DNA from: Lama glama
Lineage: Eukaryota
Direction of reading: 5' to 3'
DNA: 64,000 bases
Assembly: GCA_028534125.1 (NCBI GenBank)
Contig: CM052817.1
Span: forward strand, 18,478,001-18,542,000
Shown here: positions 24,656 to 36,780 of the stretch, piece after piece
Layout: each line of letters opens with the position of its first letter
How positions within the stretch are numbered: position 1 is the first letter of the stretch
Translations under genes and position numbers: made by a program
The notes under the pieces: model-generated
What the model was told of the DNA's origin: nothing
The model's database searches: none
What the model saw: only the letters and a program-made list of their open reading frames with translations

Positions 24656-26056
24656 CTTCACTATTATGTACCCCAATTACTTTTATCCTCCCCAATAAAC
24701 AATTTACCTCCTGCATTTTGGGGGCCATTTCTCTGCAATGCTGATGTTCTCATCCAGAAAGGTTCTTCTTTTTGTAGCATTAATAACTTTTCTGCAAACC
24801 TATTTCCTACTGAGTTTAGCTTGGCTCCGTTCCTAAGGCAGTTCTTAGTTTTTCCAGGCGCTCTGGTGGTTCCTCAAACCAATAGAGTCCTGGCAGTGAA
24901 AAGGACACATGGCTGTTTATTGCCCAACAGACTCATACTTTGGCTTCTTGTTACCCTGATGAATTTCTTCATTTCTTCATTAATTTACAAGTATGAATAG
25001 AACAGCTCTGGGGGAGACACTAGGTCAGGGTCTGGGGCTGCAACAATGAACAGATGGAAAGATCCTTACTTGGGGGCTAATGAGAATTTTTATGGCCGAT
25101 TGTGGGAGAGGATGGGCTCCAAGAAAGTTAGGAGAAGAGGAAGCATATCTCTTGCTCTTGACTGATGCCACTTCCAGAGGAACCAAGAGTTTTAAAATTA
25201 TTCCTAGAATTAGAAAGAATGGCTAAAGTGAGCCATCATCTTTCTCTAACTGAATGTTTAACTCATATTCTCGCTCCTACATCTTCTAGAGAAAGAAACA
25301 CTTCTCCAGTATTAATGCTAGGAAACAAATGCAGGAACTGGAAATCAGCCGGAAGCATGTATTGGTGTTGGCAATGACTTGGGTTTACGACTTGGGAACA
25401 CTAGGTGAGGACTTAGGGACTGGGAGAGCCCTCACAGGATTCCAGCCAGCTAATGCTTTGAGGTATAAGGCACTGGTTCTCCCTAGGCATTACATCTTGA
25501 AGCGTGTAAACCTGGCTGTTGCTCCAGCTCCCTCCACCCTCTTGCCCTGTGAAATTTTCTCGTTTGGATGAGTAAAGTTCAGAATCAATCTTGAGGCAAT
25601 TAACAAATACCTCCAAAATTCACCCTTGGCAAATAGAAGTAAAGGATTTCATTGATAAATAGTTACACTATTTTTTATCGACAAAAATGAGGCACACTGC
25701 ATTTTTATCAATTTGGACCTGTGATTTGGGGTGCCAGAGTCCAGGTTTTTAGCAATGATGATCCAAGCTCACGTGGATTCTTAAATAATTATTCACTTCC
25801 TCTTCCAGGTGGTGGCAGCTCACTAATTAGTGCTGATTAGCCGTGTTCTTGTTGGGAGACTTCCTGCCAGGTTTCAGGGGGGCAGATGTCTACAGCCAGT
25901 ACGCACTTCTGCTGGGGGCCTGTGGGTCCTAGTACTCTCTCTGGGCTCAGTTATTGGTCTGTTTGGATGTTTTAGCCTCTTGGGTGTGGCCGTTAGGAAG
26001 TGGCATGAGTGCCATCTTCCCAAGTTTGCTCATCAAGCCATGAACACATATCTATT

Positions 26057-26191
26057 GATGGCACATTTGTATAATGAATTTTCCAAATTGGGGCCACTTT
26101 GGAGAGTGAATGAGGACACTATTCATAATTATGCTGGGGAATACAGGTGACCTGGGACTGGCTTGAACAAACTGGGCCTTATGCATGCCCT
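26057..26191 (-). mobile_element. MER94 DNA transposon MITE
   Basis: cactttggagagtgaatgaggacactattcataattatgctgggg...ctgggactg...caaactggg matches the reverse complement of recalled MER94. Confidence 0.75.
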
Positions 26192-27364
26192 ATCCATTGA
26201 ACACCAGCTCTTTAGAAGTGGGGGGATTATAAGTCATATGAAGACAGAGAGATCTACCCAGGTCACTACTCTCAGCAAGGTACCTTCCTCTCCACTAGCC
26301 AACACTGTCATCGGCAAATGCCCTGCTCTTCACGTCCTATGGTCTGTGAGATCTTTACAAACCTCTTTAAATGTTAGATTCACTTGCTTTCTTTGAAATT
26401 AAAAAGCTTTGATGGCTAATTGCCTCATAGGAAGTCCCTTCGATTTGTCATTTTGCTAAAAATTAAATAAATAAATGAATCATCCATGCTTTTGCCTCTG
26501 TTCAATATAATTAATTCTAATCTTCTGCATTTTCATTTTCTCTGTGTTTAATTCCATCATTTAAAAGACACCAACAGAAGAGAACTCTTTCAAAATTAGT
26601 GGAATAATTGTGCTACTCACGCTACTCTGTGAAAAGGCTGTTGAAAAAGGTACCATGACCCGGTCTCAAACATTAAACAGTTTAGAAGGGAGACCTTCAA
26701 AATCTGATTGAAGCGACCACATTGAGAATTGTTTTTATCTTGGCTTATATGCTTTCTGATGTGTCCTATCTCCCCAGTACAGTGCTTTACTCTCGGAGAA
26801 TATTAAGCATGGATTTTAGTTAATTAGTTAATACTATGGATAGCTTCATTTTTATATTTCCAATTCATTGTTTCCAGCATTGAAGGATATTATAAATAAA
26901 CTTTCAGTTTTATAGCAAACAATCTGACTACTGAGATAATCTGAAAAGTGCTTCAGTAATTGCTTCTAGGCACGCAAGACTTGTTGCTACCATGGAGGAA
27001 GAAGATATTTCAGGGCATTTCAAGGCTCCCAAGTTGGAGGAAAGGGCTCATTGCCCTGGCTCATAAAACACAACTTGCAGAGTTTTATATCCAAAAGCTG
27101 TCTTCTTTCCGAGGGGGGGTCCCACTCCCTGATGGTAAGGTATTCATAGAGCCATTACATATAGTGATTATAATAAAAATAGCACTCTGCATTGGCACAG
27201 CAAATTATAACTTACAAAGTAGTTTTGCATGTGCATTATCTCCTATGACCCTCTCCATAACCACTGAAAAAAGTGTTTTTGGCAGAGAATTTTATGAGTT
27301 CATAACATCCTATTTTCTTTTTCTCCTGGGCAATCTCAAGTTATTTTCCAGGTTCCCTTGAAGT

Positions 27365-27850
27365 TATGTATGGCTGTACTTGGGCCAATGGAATTGGGAA
27401 GAAGTGAGATATGCCATTTTTAAGCCTGGCCCACTAAACACTCTTGGCCATTCCTCGTACTTTGATTTTCCCTCATGATTTTCCTCCTTGGTTGCAAGGA
27501 ATCCAGAAGAGGATGTCAATAACCTAGGGCAGGGGTCAGAAAACCATGGCCAGTTGGTCAAATCTGGTCTACCATTTGTTTTTATATATAAAGTTTTATT
27601 AAAACTCAACCAGGTTGATTGCTTATATATTGTCAGTGGCTGCCTTTGTACCACAATGGCAAAGTTGAGTAGTTGTAACATATGGCTTGCTTTACACACA
27701 GTAAAGGGGATGACAAATCTACCAGACAGAGGGAAACTGGATCCCTGAATCACTGTGTGAAAGGTTGCAGGCTAAACACCCATACTGAACACTATGTGAA
27801 TAAGAAATAACCTTTTCTTGTATTAGGCCACTAAGGTTTTAATGTGTTTT
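27365..27850 (+). mobile_element. Old MaLR LTR (MLT1H/I/J-like) interrupted by MER58A
   Basis: ggccaatggaat...gaagtga...tgccatttttaagcc, then ctggatccctgaatcactgtgtg...agaaataacc...aggccactaag. Confidence 0.6.
27530..27690 (+). mobile_element. MER58A (hAT-Charlie MITE), 3' truncated
   Basis: caggggtcagaaaac...caaatctggtc...ataaagttttatt...tggctgcc...agttgagtagttg. Confidence 0.85.
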
Positions 27851-30019
27851 TTTCAGTCATTTTCCTATCTTTATTAACACCATTTTCTTAGTCAAGTTAT
27901 TGATGAAGTCATGAGGCTCAGGGAAGTAAAGCTACTTATTTAAGCTCACAGAGTCAGAAACAAGTAGTGGTAGACAATCTAGAAGTTGAGCCAACTTAAG
28001 TATCTGAATTCCAATGCCAGTGTACTTGTCAACACATTTCAGATGTCACTACTGAACATATAATATCAAAAACATGTAATACCATAAATTAAACTAAATA
28101 CTTGAAATGTAATAAGTCTTTCACAGTCAGGAGTAGTTAATGTGCCTCTCCAACCAACCAATAGGGTATAGAAAACCATACTGGAAAAAGGAATGAACAT
28201 TTTATTTCATAGACTGGTAAAATTGGGGCTCAGTGAAGTCCAAAATTAGTGACACAGATTGTGATAAGAAAGTGATATAAGGTGTCATGAAGAATTAAAA
28301 TAAGGTCTTCAAATGATCTTCAGATCTTCAGTGCCTTTCTTTCAGGCTATGTCAACAGAAAACAAACTAACCAAAAAACACACCAGAAAAGAAGTCAACA
28401 AAGAACTTTCTTAGTATAAGAATAAGGCTGTGAGAAAACCACAGAAACTTTAAATACTGAATGTCTGGATTTCACCATCTTTGAAGTGGGAACTCTGGGA
28501 TTTGGGGTTTAGTGGGCATCTTGGTGGTTTGTAGAAGTGTTGAGATGGGAACCTTCTGTTGGGTAGACTCCCACTAAAAGCCTACTCTCAGGTGTTATTT
28601 GACCCTCTATCCATCTGAGACCTGCAACCCTCCTCTTGTTCAGAGGAACTCAGAAATGATATTTCAAGGACATTTTTCAGGTGAAGAATATTTGAGGCAA
28701 GGGGTATAATAGAGCAGGAGAGGCACTGGTTGTAGGATGCTGTGCAGAGTGGGCAGTAAAAGTCAGGGATGAAATAATGCAATAAATCCCAGGACTCTAG
28801 AGGAAATAGGGCAGACTAATGCTACACAAACAACTTACATTATTAGTGTTGCTTATTGTACACCATGTTAGCATGATCTGAATAAATCGCAGGACTCCAC
28901 ATAGCCCAGTCTCACTGCAGGGTCATAGTTAAACGGCTACAGTCCAGCATTCCAAAATGATAACAATAATTTTGATTTTATTTGATTGTTTTCAGTAACG
29001 TCAAAGGAGCTCCTCTTCCTCATCTATCACAGTATTTCTTAAATCCTTTCCCCACACTGCTCTCATTTTCCTACTTGTTTGCCGCAATATCTGTCCATGT
29101 ATCAATTTTATTTTCTTTCCTGTCTTTTTCCTGTTTTCCATGAAATGCGTATCCACACCCATTTCTGTGGGCCCCATTTTCTGTCCCCAGCCATCTTTCC
29201 TTTGACAATTCTGCAAAGTATTTCTTTAATGAGTAGATGGGGGATGGATTGAACAAAGGACAGAAGATACACATATTTATATTTTTTGTTTGCCCTTATT
29301 ATATTAGAAAAGCAAGAATGGAGAGGAAGTATTTTGAAACAAGTATAAGTAAATTATAAAACCTTTGCTGAAAGCCAGCTAGCCTTTGATTGCATATTAA
29401 GCAGAAGTCATTAGCTTTATTGGATTGAGAACCAATAAGCCTTGATAATCTTTACTTTCAGGTGTACGGACTTTGCAAGGCCCATTGCAGATTACATCAG
29501 GGTTGCTTGAGAGCAACTGTTAAACACCCAATGCTTTTTATGTTTGTAAAATAATAAGGTGCTGTGACTCATCATTAGATACATTCTAAAATCTCTATCC
29601 ACCCACCTCCTGTTCCTGACCACCCCATCAAACTGGAGCATTCACTGGAGCACGCAGACTTATTTCAGCCAAATGAACCAATGGAGAAAGAACATTTATC
29701 CAAGCCAGACATGAACAAAGTGACTTTGAACAAGCAGTGCTGGAACTCCCTTGCCAGTGCCTACTGTCACAAAGTACCTGTGGGATAAAGAAGATCAACA
29801 CATCTTAGAGGTGATGTTTGGGAACCTTCACCTTGATAAGCATGTAAGTATATACAAGGAAGTTGCTTCGTTGCAGGTAATCCAGTTTAATTAACTGATA
29901 TTTGCAGTAACTAAGAGACCATGAAAGACTTATGGCAAATGCAATGGTACCTAAAAAGGCTTACTTCCTCGGGAATTCCAGCCTTAAAGTATCACATAAA
30001 AGGGAGATGGTTTTAGCTT

Positions 30020-30220
30020 TGGAGACTAGGGGGAGGTTCCCTAGGAAGAGGCACGTGGAAGGTGAGATCTGAAGGATAAAGAGGAGCTTGCCAGGTGCAG
30101 GGTGGGAGGTGAGGGAGGAAGCACAGCACGGTGGTTTGGGGGAGGGAAGAAGAAGACAGGGAGGGGAGAATGTGCGACCTCAGGCCAGAAAAATCAGCCT
30201 TGGGACAGGAACTTGGGAGC
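30020..30220 (-). mobile_element. L2 fragment
   Basis: gaggttccctaggaagagg...gagatctgaaggataaagaggagcttgccaggtg. Confidence 0.65.
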
Positions 30221-30819
30221 TGTTTACAAGGGTTAGACTTATCAGGCAGAATTGTTGTTCCCTTAAGGAGAGGGCAGGGAAGGCCAGAGGTCCTCACCTT
30301 GGACACTTGTGCTGTGCCCTGCTGGGCTCCTCGCAGGTGTGGACTAAGGCACGACGTGCAGGTCATGTCACACATGGGCACTGGGAGCCCAGGCCAGAGG
30401 TTGCCCCTTTGCCCACATGGTCAGGCTCTTCACGTGCCCTGCTGACCTTGACACCAAATCTCCTCCCTTTCAGGCTTCTCCAGGAAGGTCACCCCCCGTG
30501 AGTGGGTGGGGACTGCTGGTGTTTTGTAAAGGATGCTGGGGTCACGGAGGGGCTCACATAGCAGAGCCCAGAGAGCCACACACCCCGAGACACACGTCTC
30601 TTTTCTTCCCAGGCTCCCTCAAATGGGCCTTCCCATGTGTTGAATCACAGGTCAATGCTTTTCATGTAGGTCAAAAATGAATGAGTATCAGGCATTTCAT
30701 GTGATTCCGCCTGATGTGCATTTTCCTCTTGGTTGACATAGTTTATAAGATATTTGGTAGTCATACTTAAATGTCATATTTGAAATGCCACTTTCGTGGA
30801 GGAAGCACACTGCTTGAGG

Positions 30820-31030
30820 CTGGAGCATAATGTGGGTTTGAAACTCTGCTTATAAGTTTTCTCATTGTGCTACCTTGGAGAAGAACCCCGCCCCTGCTAT
30901 CTTTGCCTCACTTTTCTTACCTGTAGAATAGGGATTAAGTATTTGTGGGAACCAGAGGTTTGGGGGAAAGGATTAAAGGCAGTAGTAACCCGTGGGAAAG
31001 TGCCTAGCACAGGGTCATCTCACAGTAAAC
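30820..31030 (+). mobile_element. MIR SINE
   Basis: gggtttgaaactctgct...tgcctcacttttcttacctgtagaataggg...ggattaaa...aaagtgcctagcacag. Confidence 0.75.
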
Positions 31031-31667
31031 CTTCCCAGAAATGTGCTATTCGTATTGGGTCAACACGGACTACTGCAGTCCAGTCACACTTAGTGTGTTA
31101 AAAAGACATGGACACTGCACATTGTCAGTCAACACCATATGGAGGCTGCTGAGCGCAGTTCGGTAAAATGAATACTTAGGTGTGATCTCTGCTAGGCATG
31201 GTGCTTGGGCCTGGGGCTGGAGGCGAGGTCCTGGCAAAGCATCAGGCACTTTTTGGTTTCTCTCTTTAGCTTCAAAGGGCACGTGCTGGAATTCCTCCAT
31301 CCACGTGATTCACACGTAGGCACCGGGAATCTAGAAGACACATTTGAAAAATACTAACAGACCCTGCTTGATGTGGCTTTAGAAAGAGGCATCGGTTTCA
31401 GTGGGGACACTTGTCTCTCAAGGTTATATTTGTGGGATATTAGGCCACAAAGCACGGGTGCGAGGTCGTTCATTTTCCTCATTTACTCATTCCCCAGATG
31501 CATCACCATGTGTGACCTTGCTCAGCTCTCCAGATTGCAAAATAAAAGATTACCCAAACATTATCCAGTACGTATAAGAAACTACGTTGCGAGTCATAGC
31601 TGATTTTTCAGTTCTTGTTTTTCTCTTTCAGCTGAGCAGACTTTTTTTTTTTTTTTTGGTCTGAAAT

Positions 31668-31683
31668 CCCCTAGATGGCACTA
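31668..31683 (+). promoter_or_regulatory. Candidate CTCF binding site
   Basis: CCCCTAGATGGCACTA differs at one position from a canonical CCACTAGATGGCACTA core and lies in non-repeat sequence. Motif only. Confidence 0.55.
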
Positions 31684-32061
31684 GAGAATATTGTATTTAA
31701 GTGGCTTATATAATACCCCAAGTAGCCGAGGAGAAATAATTTTTATTTTTCTGCAAATAAGCGTTAATAAGCAGTGGGACAGGATGAGATGCAACGTGCA
31801 AGGTTAGTGTTTATGCATTCTGTGCTTAAACGATATCCTAGATGTCCCTTGAAAGTAAAAATTGGTCATTTTTAAACTATGTACATCTCCGAATTGGTTT
31901 TTGATATTTTAATTAGCGTGACATTCATTTGGTGCAGACAGACAGACTTGTAGAATTGGCGGAGATTCTGAGGCTGATTGTTGACCACGATGACTTTCTG
32001 ATCAGAGCAGGGTAATACAGTATCAACCTCTCCCAGAATGGAAGGGAGTGGATTTAACTGG

Positions 32062-32240
32062 GGGGCCCTGAACTCAAATGGCCCAGGAAATGAGTGCAGG
32101 GCCTGGGTGTAAGACAGTGGGGCGGGGTGACGTGTGTGGCAGAACCACACAGCTATGAGGCTTGTGTACCAGTCAAAGCCAGTGTTCCTGCAGGTCCAGT
32201 GTGGCCCACTGGCTGTGAGCTGACAGTGTTTGCCAATCTA
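32062..32240. mobile_element. MER102-like (Charlie8-derived) MITE, diverged
   Basis: aactcaaatggcccagg at one end and gtggcccactggctg...gtttgcca at the other. Confidence 0.4.
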
Positions 32241-32499
32241 ATCCTGATAGTTTTCAGGTCAGAAATCTAAGGCTGAGATAATAAATGACCTTACCCAAGG
32301 TCACCAAGTTATTTAGTGATGAGTTAGGTTTCCGATTCCGTTTCGCTGACTCCACTCTCTCCCCTCCCCCTTACAATCGTACCGTTATGCCCCAAAGTTG
32401 TCTCCGTCACCTCACTCCCCTTTCATTGTTCTTTCCTCGTCCTCCCTTCCGATGTTCAGTGTCCATGGATCACGTGGCAGTTTGGGTGCATGGAGCTGC

Positions 32500-32850
32500 A
32501 GCCTGGCTTGGGTGCCCCCAGTTTAAGAGCCGTGAAGTAGGGCAGCTCCAGGGTTGCTCATTTGCAGCTCAGTGATCCCATCGTGGGCCCAGGATTTTTC
32601 CATTCTCGCTTTCTGCCATTTTTTCCATTGTCAGTTTTTGCCCCATGGATGAAAGATTGCCGAGGCAGGTCCGCACGTCCTATGTAGGCACACAAGCACA
32701 TCCAGGGGTGAAGAGGAAGTGTTCCTTCCTTGGGTGTCCTTCATAGTGTGAGCTCAGAAGCCCCTAGCAGACCTCCCCTCAGGTCTGCATTGTCCAGGAC
32801 TGGGTGACCCTGGCCACCAAACCATGACTAGCAAGGCAGAGATACAACCA
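32500..32850 (-). mobile_element. Old MaLR LTR fragment (MLT1J/K/L-like)
   Basis: gcagctcagtgat...cccaggatttttccattct...cagaagcccctagcagacctcccctc...cattgtccaggactgggt. Confidence 0.65.
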
Positions 32851-33639
32851 GATTGCCAGGTGGAGGTGCCCCTCCCCCAACAGAAGGATCTGCAAATGTG
32901 CAGGGCTATCTTTGCTTTACACAGTGACCAAATGCCTGCCTGCAGTACTTAGGACCCAGGACACAGGAAGAAGTGTCCGCAATATGCAGGGCAGTGCCTT
33001 GGGGTGAAGCATCGTCTTGCCCAAATGTTAATATCACTCCTGTTGGGAAACCCTGGAGCCCAACCAGGACTTGCTATTGAGTCACAGGGAAGGAAACCGA
33101 CTACTGAATCCACTGGGACTGTGGCAACAGAAAAGAAGGGAGGTGTGACAACTGAGTGAGCAATCAAGAGGCCACGGCTCTTTATTCCTGCTGGAGTCCT
33201 GTGTTACCACTTTCAGAATTCCGCACAAGTGTCTGAAGTCAAGGGCTTAAGGAAGGCCAGCCTCTCCAGGTGTTTTGTAGTAGGCTACAACCAAAGCAAA
33301 GAGAACGTAATCATCATCAAGGGTTCACCTGGATAACATGATGGGGAAGATGCTCTTCAGAGTAACATAAACATCCAAGCAAGTAGTGCTTCTGATTGTC
33401 ACTGGGGTGGAATAGGGGAAAGAAGGTAATTGGTGAAGCCAAATGGGTTTGTTCATTGGTTTTATTTTTTCATGTTTTTTTTTTTTTCGCAGGGTTGGGG
33501 GAGTTGGGAGGCCACCTGCAGCTAGAAAAGAGTTCTGAATTTCTGCCAGATTCCCAAAGTGTCATGGGAGAGAATTAACCAAGGTGAAGCATTGGCGTCA
33601 TTTTATGAAAAGAACCCAGGCATTGATGCCACGGAGACC

Positions 33640-33812
33640 TTGGTACTGAATCCAGGCTGTTGTGAACTCTATGGCCTCGGAAAAGTCACCAAAGCCTCTG
33701 AACCACAATTAAGCCTCTTTGAAATACGGTTAACAATATCTACCTGGTAAATCATTGCCATGATTACACAGGGAGCAGAAGGCAGGTCCCTCGCACGATG
33801 CTCAGTAAACGA
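33640..33812 (+). mobile_element. MIR fragment
   Basis: tgaatccaggct...ggaaaagtcacc...ctctgaaccaca...atatctacct...gctcagtaaa. Confidence 0.55.
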
Positions 33813-33877
33813 CAAGTTCCCTCTCCTTTGCCTGTACTGGACACTGTCATTTAATTTACTCACCCTTTCTCCCCACA

Positions 33878-34053
33878 GAGAGTTGCAAGATTTAGCACAT
33901 AAAAATACACGACTCTCAGTTAAATTGGAAGTTCAGATAAATGACCTAAAATTTGTTAGGATAAGCTTGGGGATACACCTATCCTAACAAATTATGGGCT
34001 GTTTATCTGAATGTCAGATTTAACTGGGTGTCCTACATTTTATCCGGCCACCT
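33878..34053. mobile_element. MER53 palindromic MITE
   Basis: gttgcaagatttagca...aaaatac...cagttaaattggaagttcagataaa mirrored by tttatctgaa...atttaactgggtgtcct...ttttatccggccacc. Confidence 0.88.
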
Positions 34054-35395
34054 TCCCTCTCTTTACCGACATTCTGTCTCTTCCCTCTGTTCTCTCCAGC
34101 CAGAGAGTAAATAAGTGAAGCCTAAATTAAATATCACTCTCTCACTAACGTGTTTTAACCTTCGTGGGAACCTGGCAGATCAACGACACCACCTTTAACT
34201 TCCTGTGGTGAACAAACACCCTCCAAGCTCAGGAGGAGAGGACCCTGCCTTGGCTGAGACAGGATCAGCTCTCAAAAGCCATCTTGGTCCTCCGAACTTT
34301 GTGGTTCATCTCCTTCCAGCGTGTTTTCTTTCACAGTTGGCTGTTCTGCGTCTGCATCGATCTGCAGTAAATACTGTACAGCTCTGCTGAAAAGGGAGGA
34401 AAAACATTACCATCTGCATGTACAGCTTGCAAATTACAGCTTGCAATCACCTGCTATTAAATAAAGACACTTTAACAATATTTGGGGTTTTAAATTAGCA
34501 ATTTACATCACAAGACTCTGAAAATACTAGTCTTTTAATACTGCAATTTTCCTTCCTTTTAACCAGGCATCAACACATATTGAATTTTTAAAAAACGCAA
34601 TAGAAAGTGATGTTTATTTAAACAATAGCCACCAATGGTATGAGAAACACAGATGGAAATCCAATAGTTCCTCACTCAGCGGGCGGCTTCGTTGGAGGAC
34701 CCTGATGGGGCTGCAACTCTCTAATTTACATCATGGGGGGAGTCTAGGCGCTGCCTTTTTTTTTTTTTTTAACTGCCTGGCCACACCAGGCTATGTGTCA
34801 TGTAAGAAAGTGGTCTCAAGCCGGGAATCAGAGGCAGTCTTTGTTTGAAGGAGACTTGAAGCATAAAGGCTGAAAGCGAGAGAGTTTGAGTGGGAGTATT
34901 TCCCTTCATCACTTGACATCAGGGCTGAATTGGAGGGGACTGGCATTTGTACAAAGCACACTGGACGCAAAATGAGATGGGATTTCGGAACATACAAAGA
35001 GAAAGGTTAAGCAGCTTTGCGCCTTACAGACACTACTTCCATAGACAGAGGGCTATATCTATATCTAAATATAGTGGTTTGTCTCTCAGTTTTTATTATT
35101 GGAACTTTTTTCCCCCTTTCTCTTGACATCTGAGTTAGGGAATGGGAGAGCACCAGGAGCTGGCACGCATTGCAGAGATAAGTATTAGCTTTGCAGTGGT
35201 GAACGCTGGGTTGTAAATTCCTGCACACAAACATGAAGCATCCTGGAGCATGAGAACTATTAGCAGGCAGCCTGCTTTCCTGCGTGTCCCCAGCTCTTCT
35301 GTGTGTTCAGCTGCTGCTGCTGGTGAACAGCTGCTTCTCAGAGTTCTCCCAGAGCCAGGGCTGCTCTCAGTGCTGGTTTTTCTTTAATCCTTAAA

Positions 35396-35536
<141 letters not shown>

Positions 35537-35636
35537 NNNNNNNNNNNNNNNNNNNNNNNNNNNNNNNNNNNNNNNNNNNNNNNNNNNNNNNNNNNNNNNN
35601 NNNNNNNNNNNNNNNNNNNNNNNNNNNNNNNNNNNN
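35537..35636. other. Assembly gap (100 N)
   Basis: Run of N; 100 N is usually a placeholder for unknown size. Confidence 1.
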
Positions 35637-36749
35637 TTACTAGTAGTAAAGGTTTAAGGTCATGTCATACAAAATTCTATTTGAAAAGGAAAGCGTCTTT
35701 AAGAGAAACACATAGATTTTAGCTTATTTTATGAGCCCGAGCGATGGCTGGTCTAGAGGTGTGGGCAGCGTTAGGTCCTTTCTCGGTTCTGTTAATTTAG
35801 CCATCCAGCCTCACAAGTTCAGTCATAAGTCGTGCCCAACACAGCTCCTGCAGAGCCAGCTTGTGGCTGTTAGTCATTTACTTGGAAAAGCAGCAAATTG
35901 AATGACTCTTAGACTTTTCCAGTCCTCTTGGGAGTATTGGTCACCTCTGATGCCATTTATCACCATATCTTGTTATCTCTGTTACAGTCTAATGTCAGTC
36001 CCTCTGTTTAAGGATTAAATTGGTTTCAATCTAATCTCCTAAATAGAATTCAGATGATTTGGGGCCCCGCTCAACTGTTTCTTGGCCAGAGTTCTTTGTT
36101 CTGGTCCTTTTATTAGGTGCTATTTACAGTACGATTTGCTGATAGAATCAGGGCATAATGGATAGATTTTTTCATTTCATGTTGATTACATACGCAGTCT
36201 TTTAAAAGGCCTTTGGATACTAAATGTACAATTTATCACCAAAGCTTAACACTGGAGTCATTCTCACTTGCTTAAAGAGAACCTGCAAAGAATACAATTC
36301 TTCCTTCAAAAGTATGTACTCATTCTTGAGATAGAAAAGCCCTTGCATATCTCTTGCTAGATGTTCTGGCTTCCTGACCGATCTCACGTCTTTTAATGAA
36401 TATTCTAAGTGTGGATAGCACTTAGACATAATCATTGCTAGAAACAAAAGATCATTAGCATCTCTGGACGATTGGACGTTGAATTTTTTCTCAGTGGCGT
36501 GTGTTGTTTCATGTACGTGTACTGGTCACAGGTGCTGTGCACCACGTGAAGAATACTGTTGATCCTCAAATTTTGTCCTGCCTGGTTCAACAGATGCTGA
36601 ATGAGGACAGAAAAAGAGAGTCGTGAAAGCCCTCTGCAAGCCTGGAATGATGTTTTTTTAAAAGCAATTTGAATTACATAGTGAAAATCCATCCTGGCAT
36701 TTATGTCAGACCCTAAGACCAACACCCAACTTCGTTAGTATTCTAGGAA

Positions 36750-36752
<3 letters not shown>

Positions 36753-36780
<28 letters not shown>
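36753..36780. repeat. (TG)n microsatellite
   Basis: Perfect TG run followed by further purine-pyrimidine alternation. Confidence 0.98.

Noticed and set aside
31632..31802. Acceptor/donor pair around the CTCF motif
   Set aside because: Contains a long T run; not credible as coding and unsupported as a non-coding exon.
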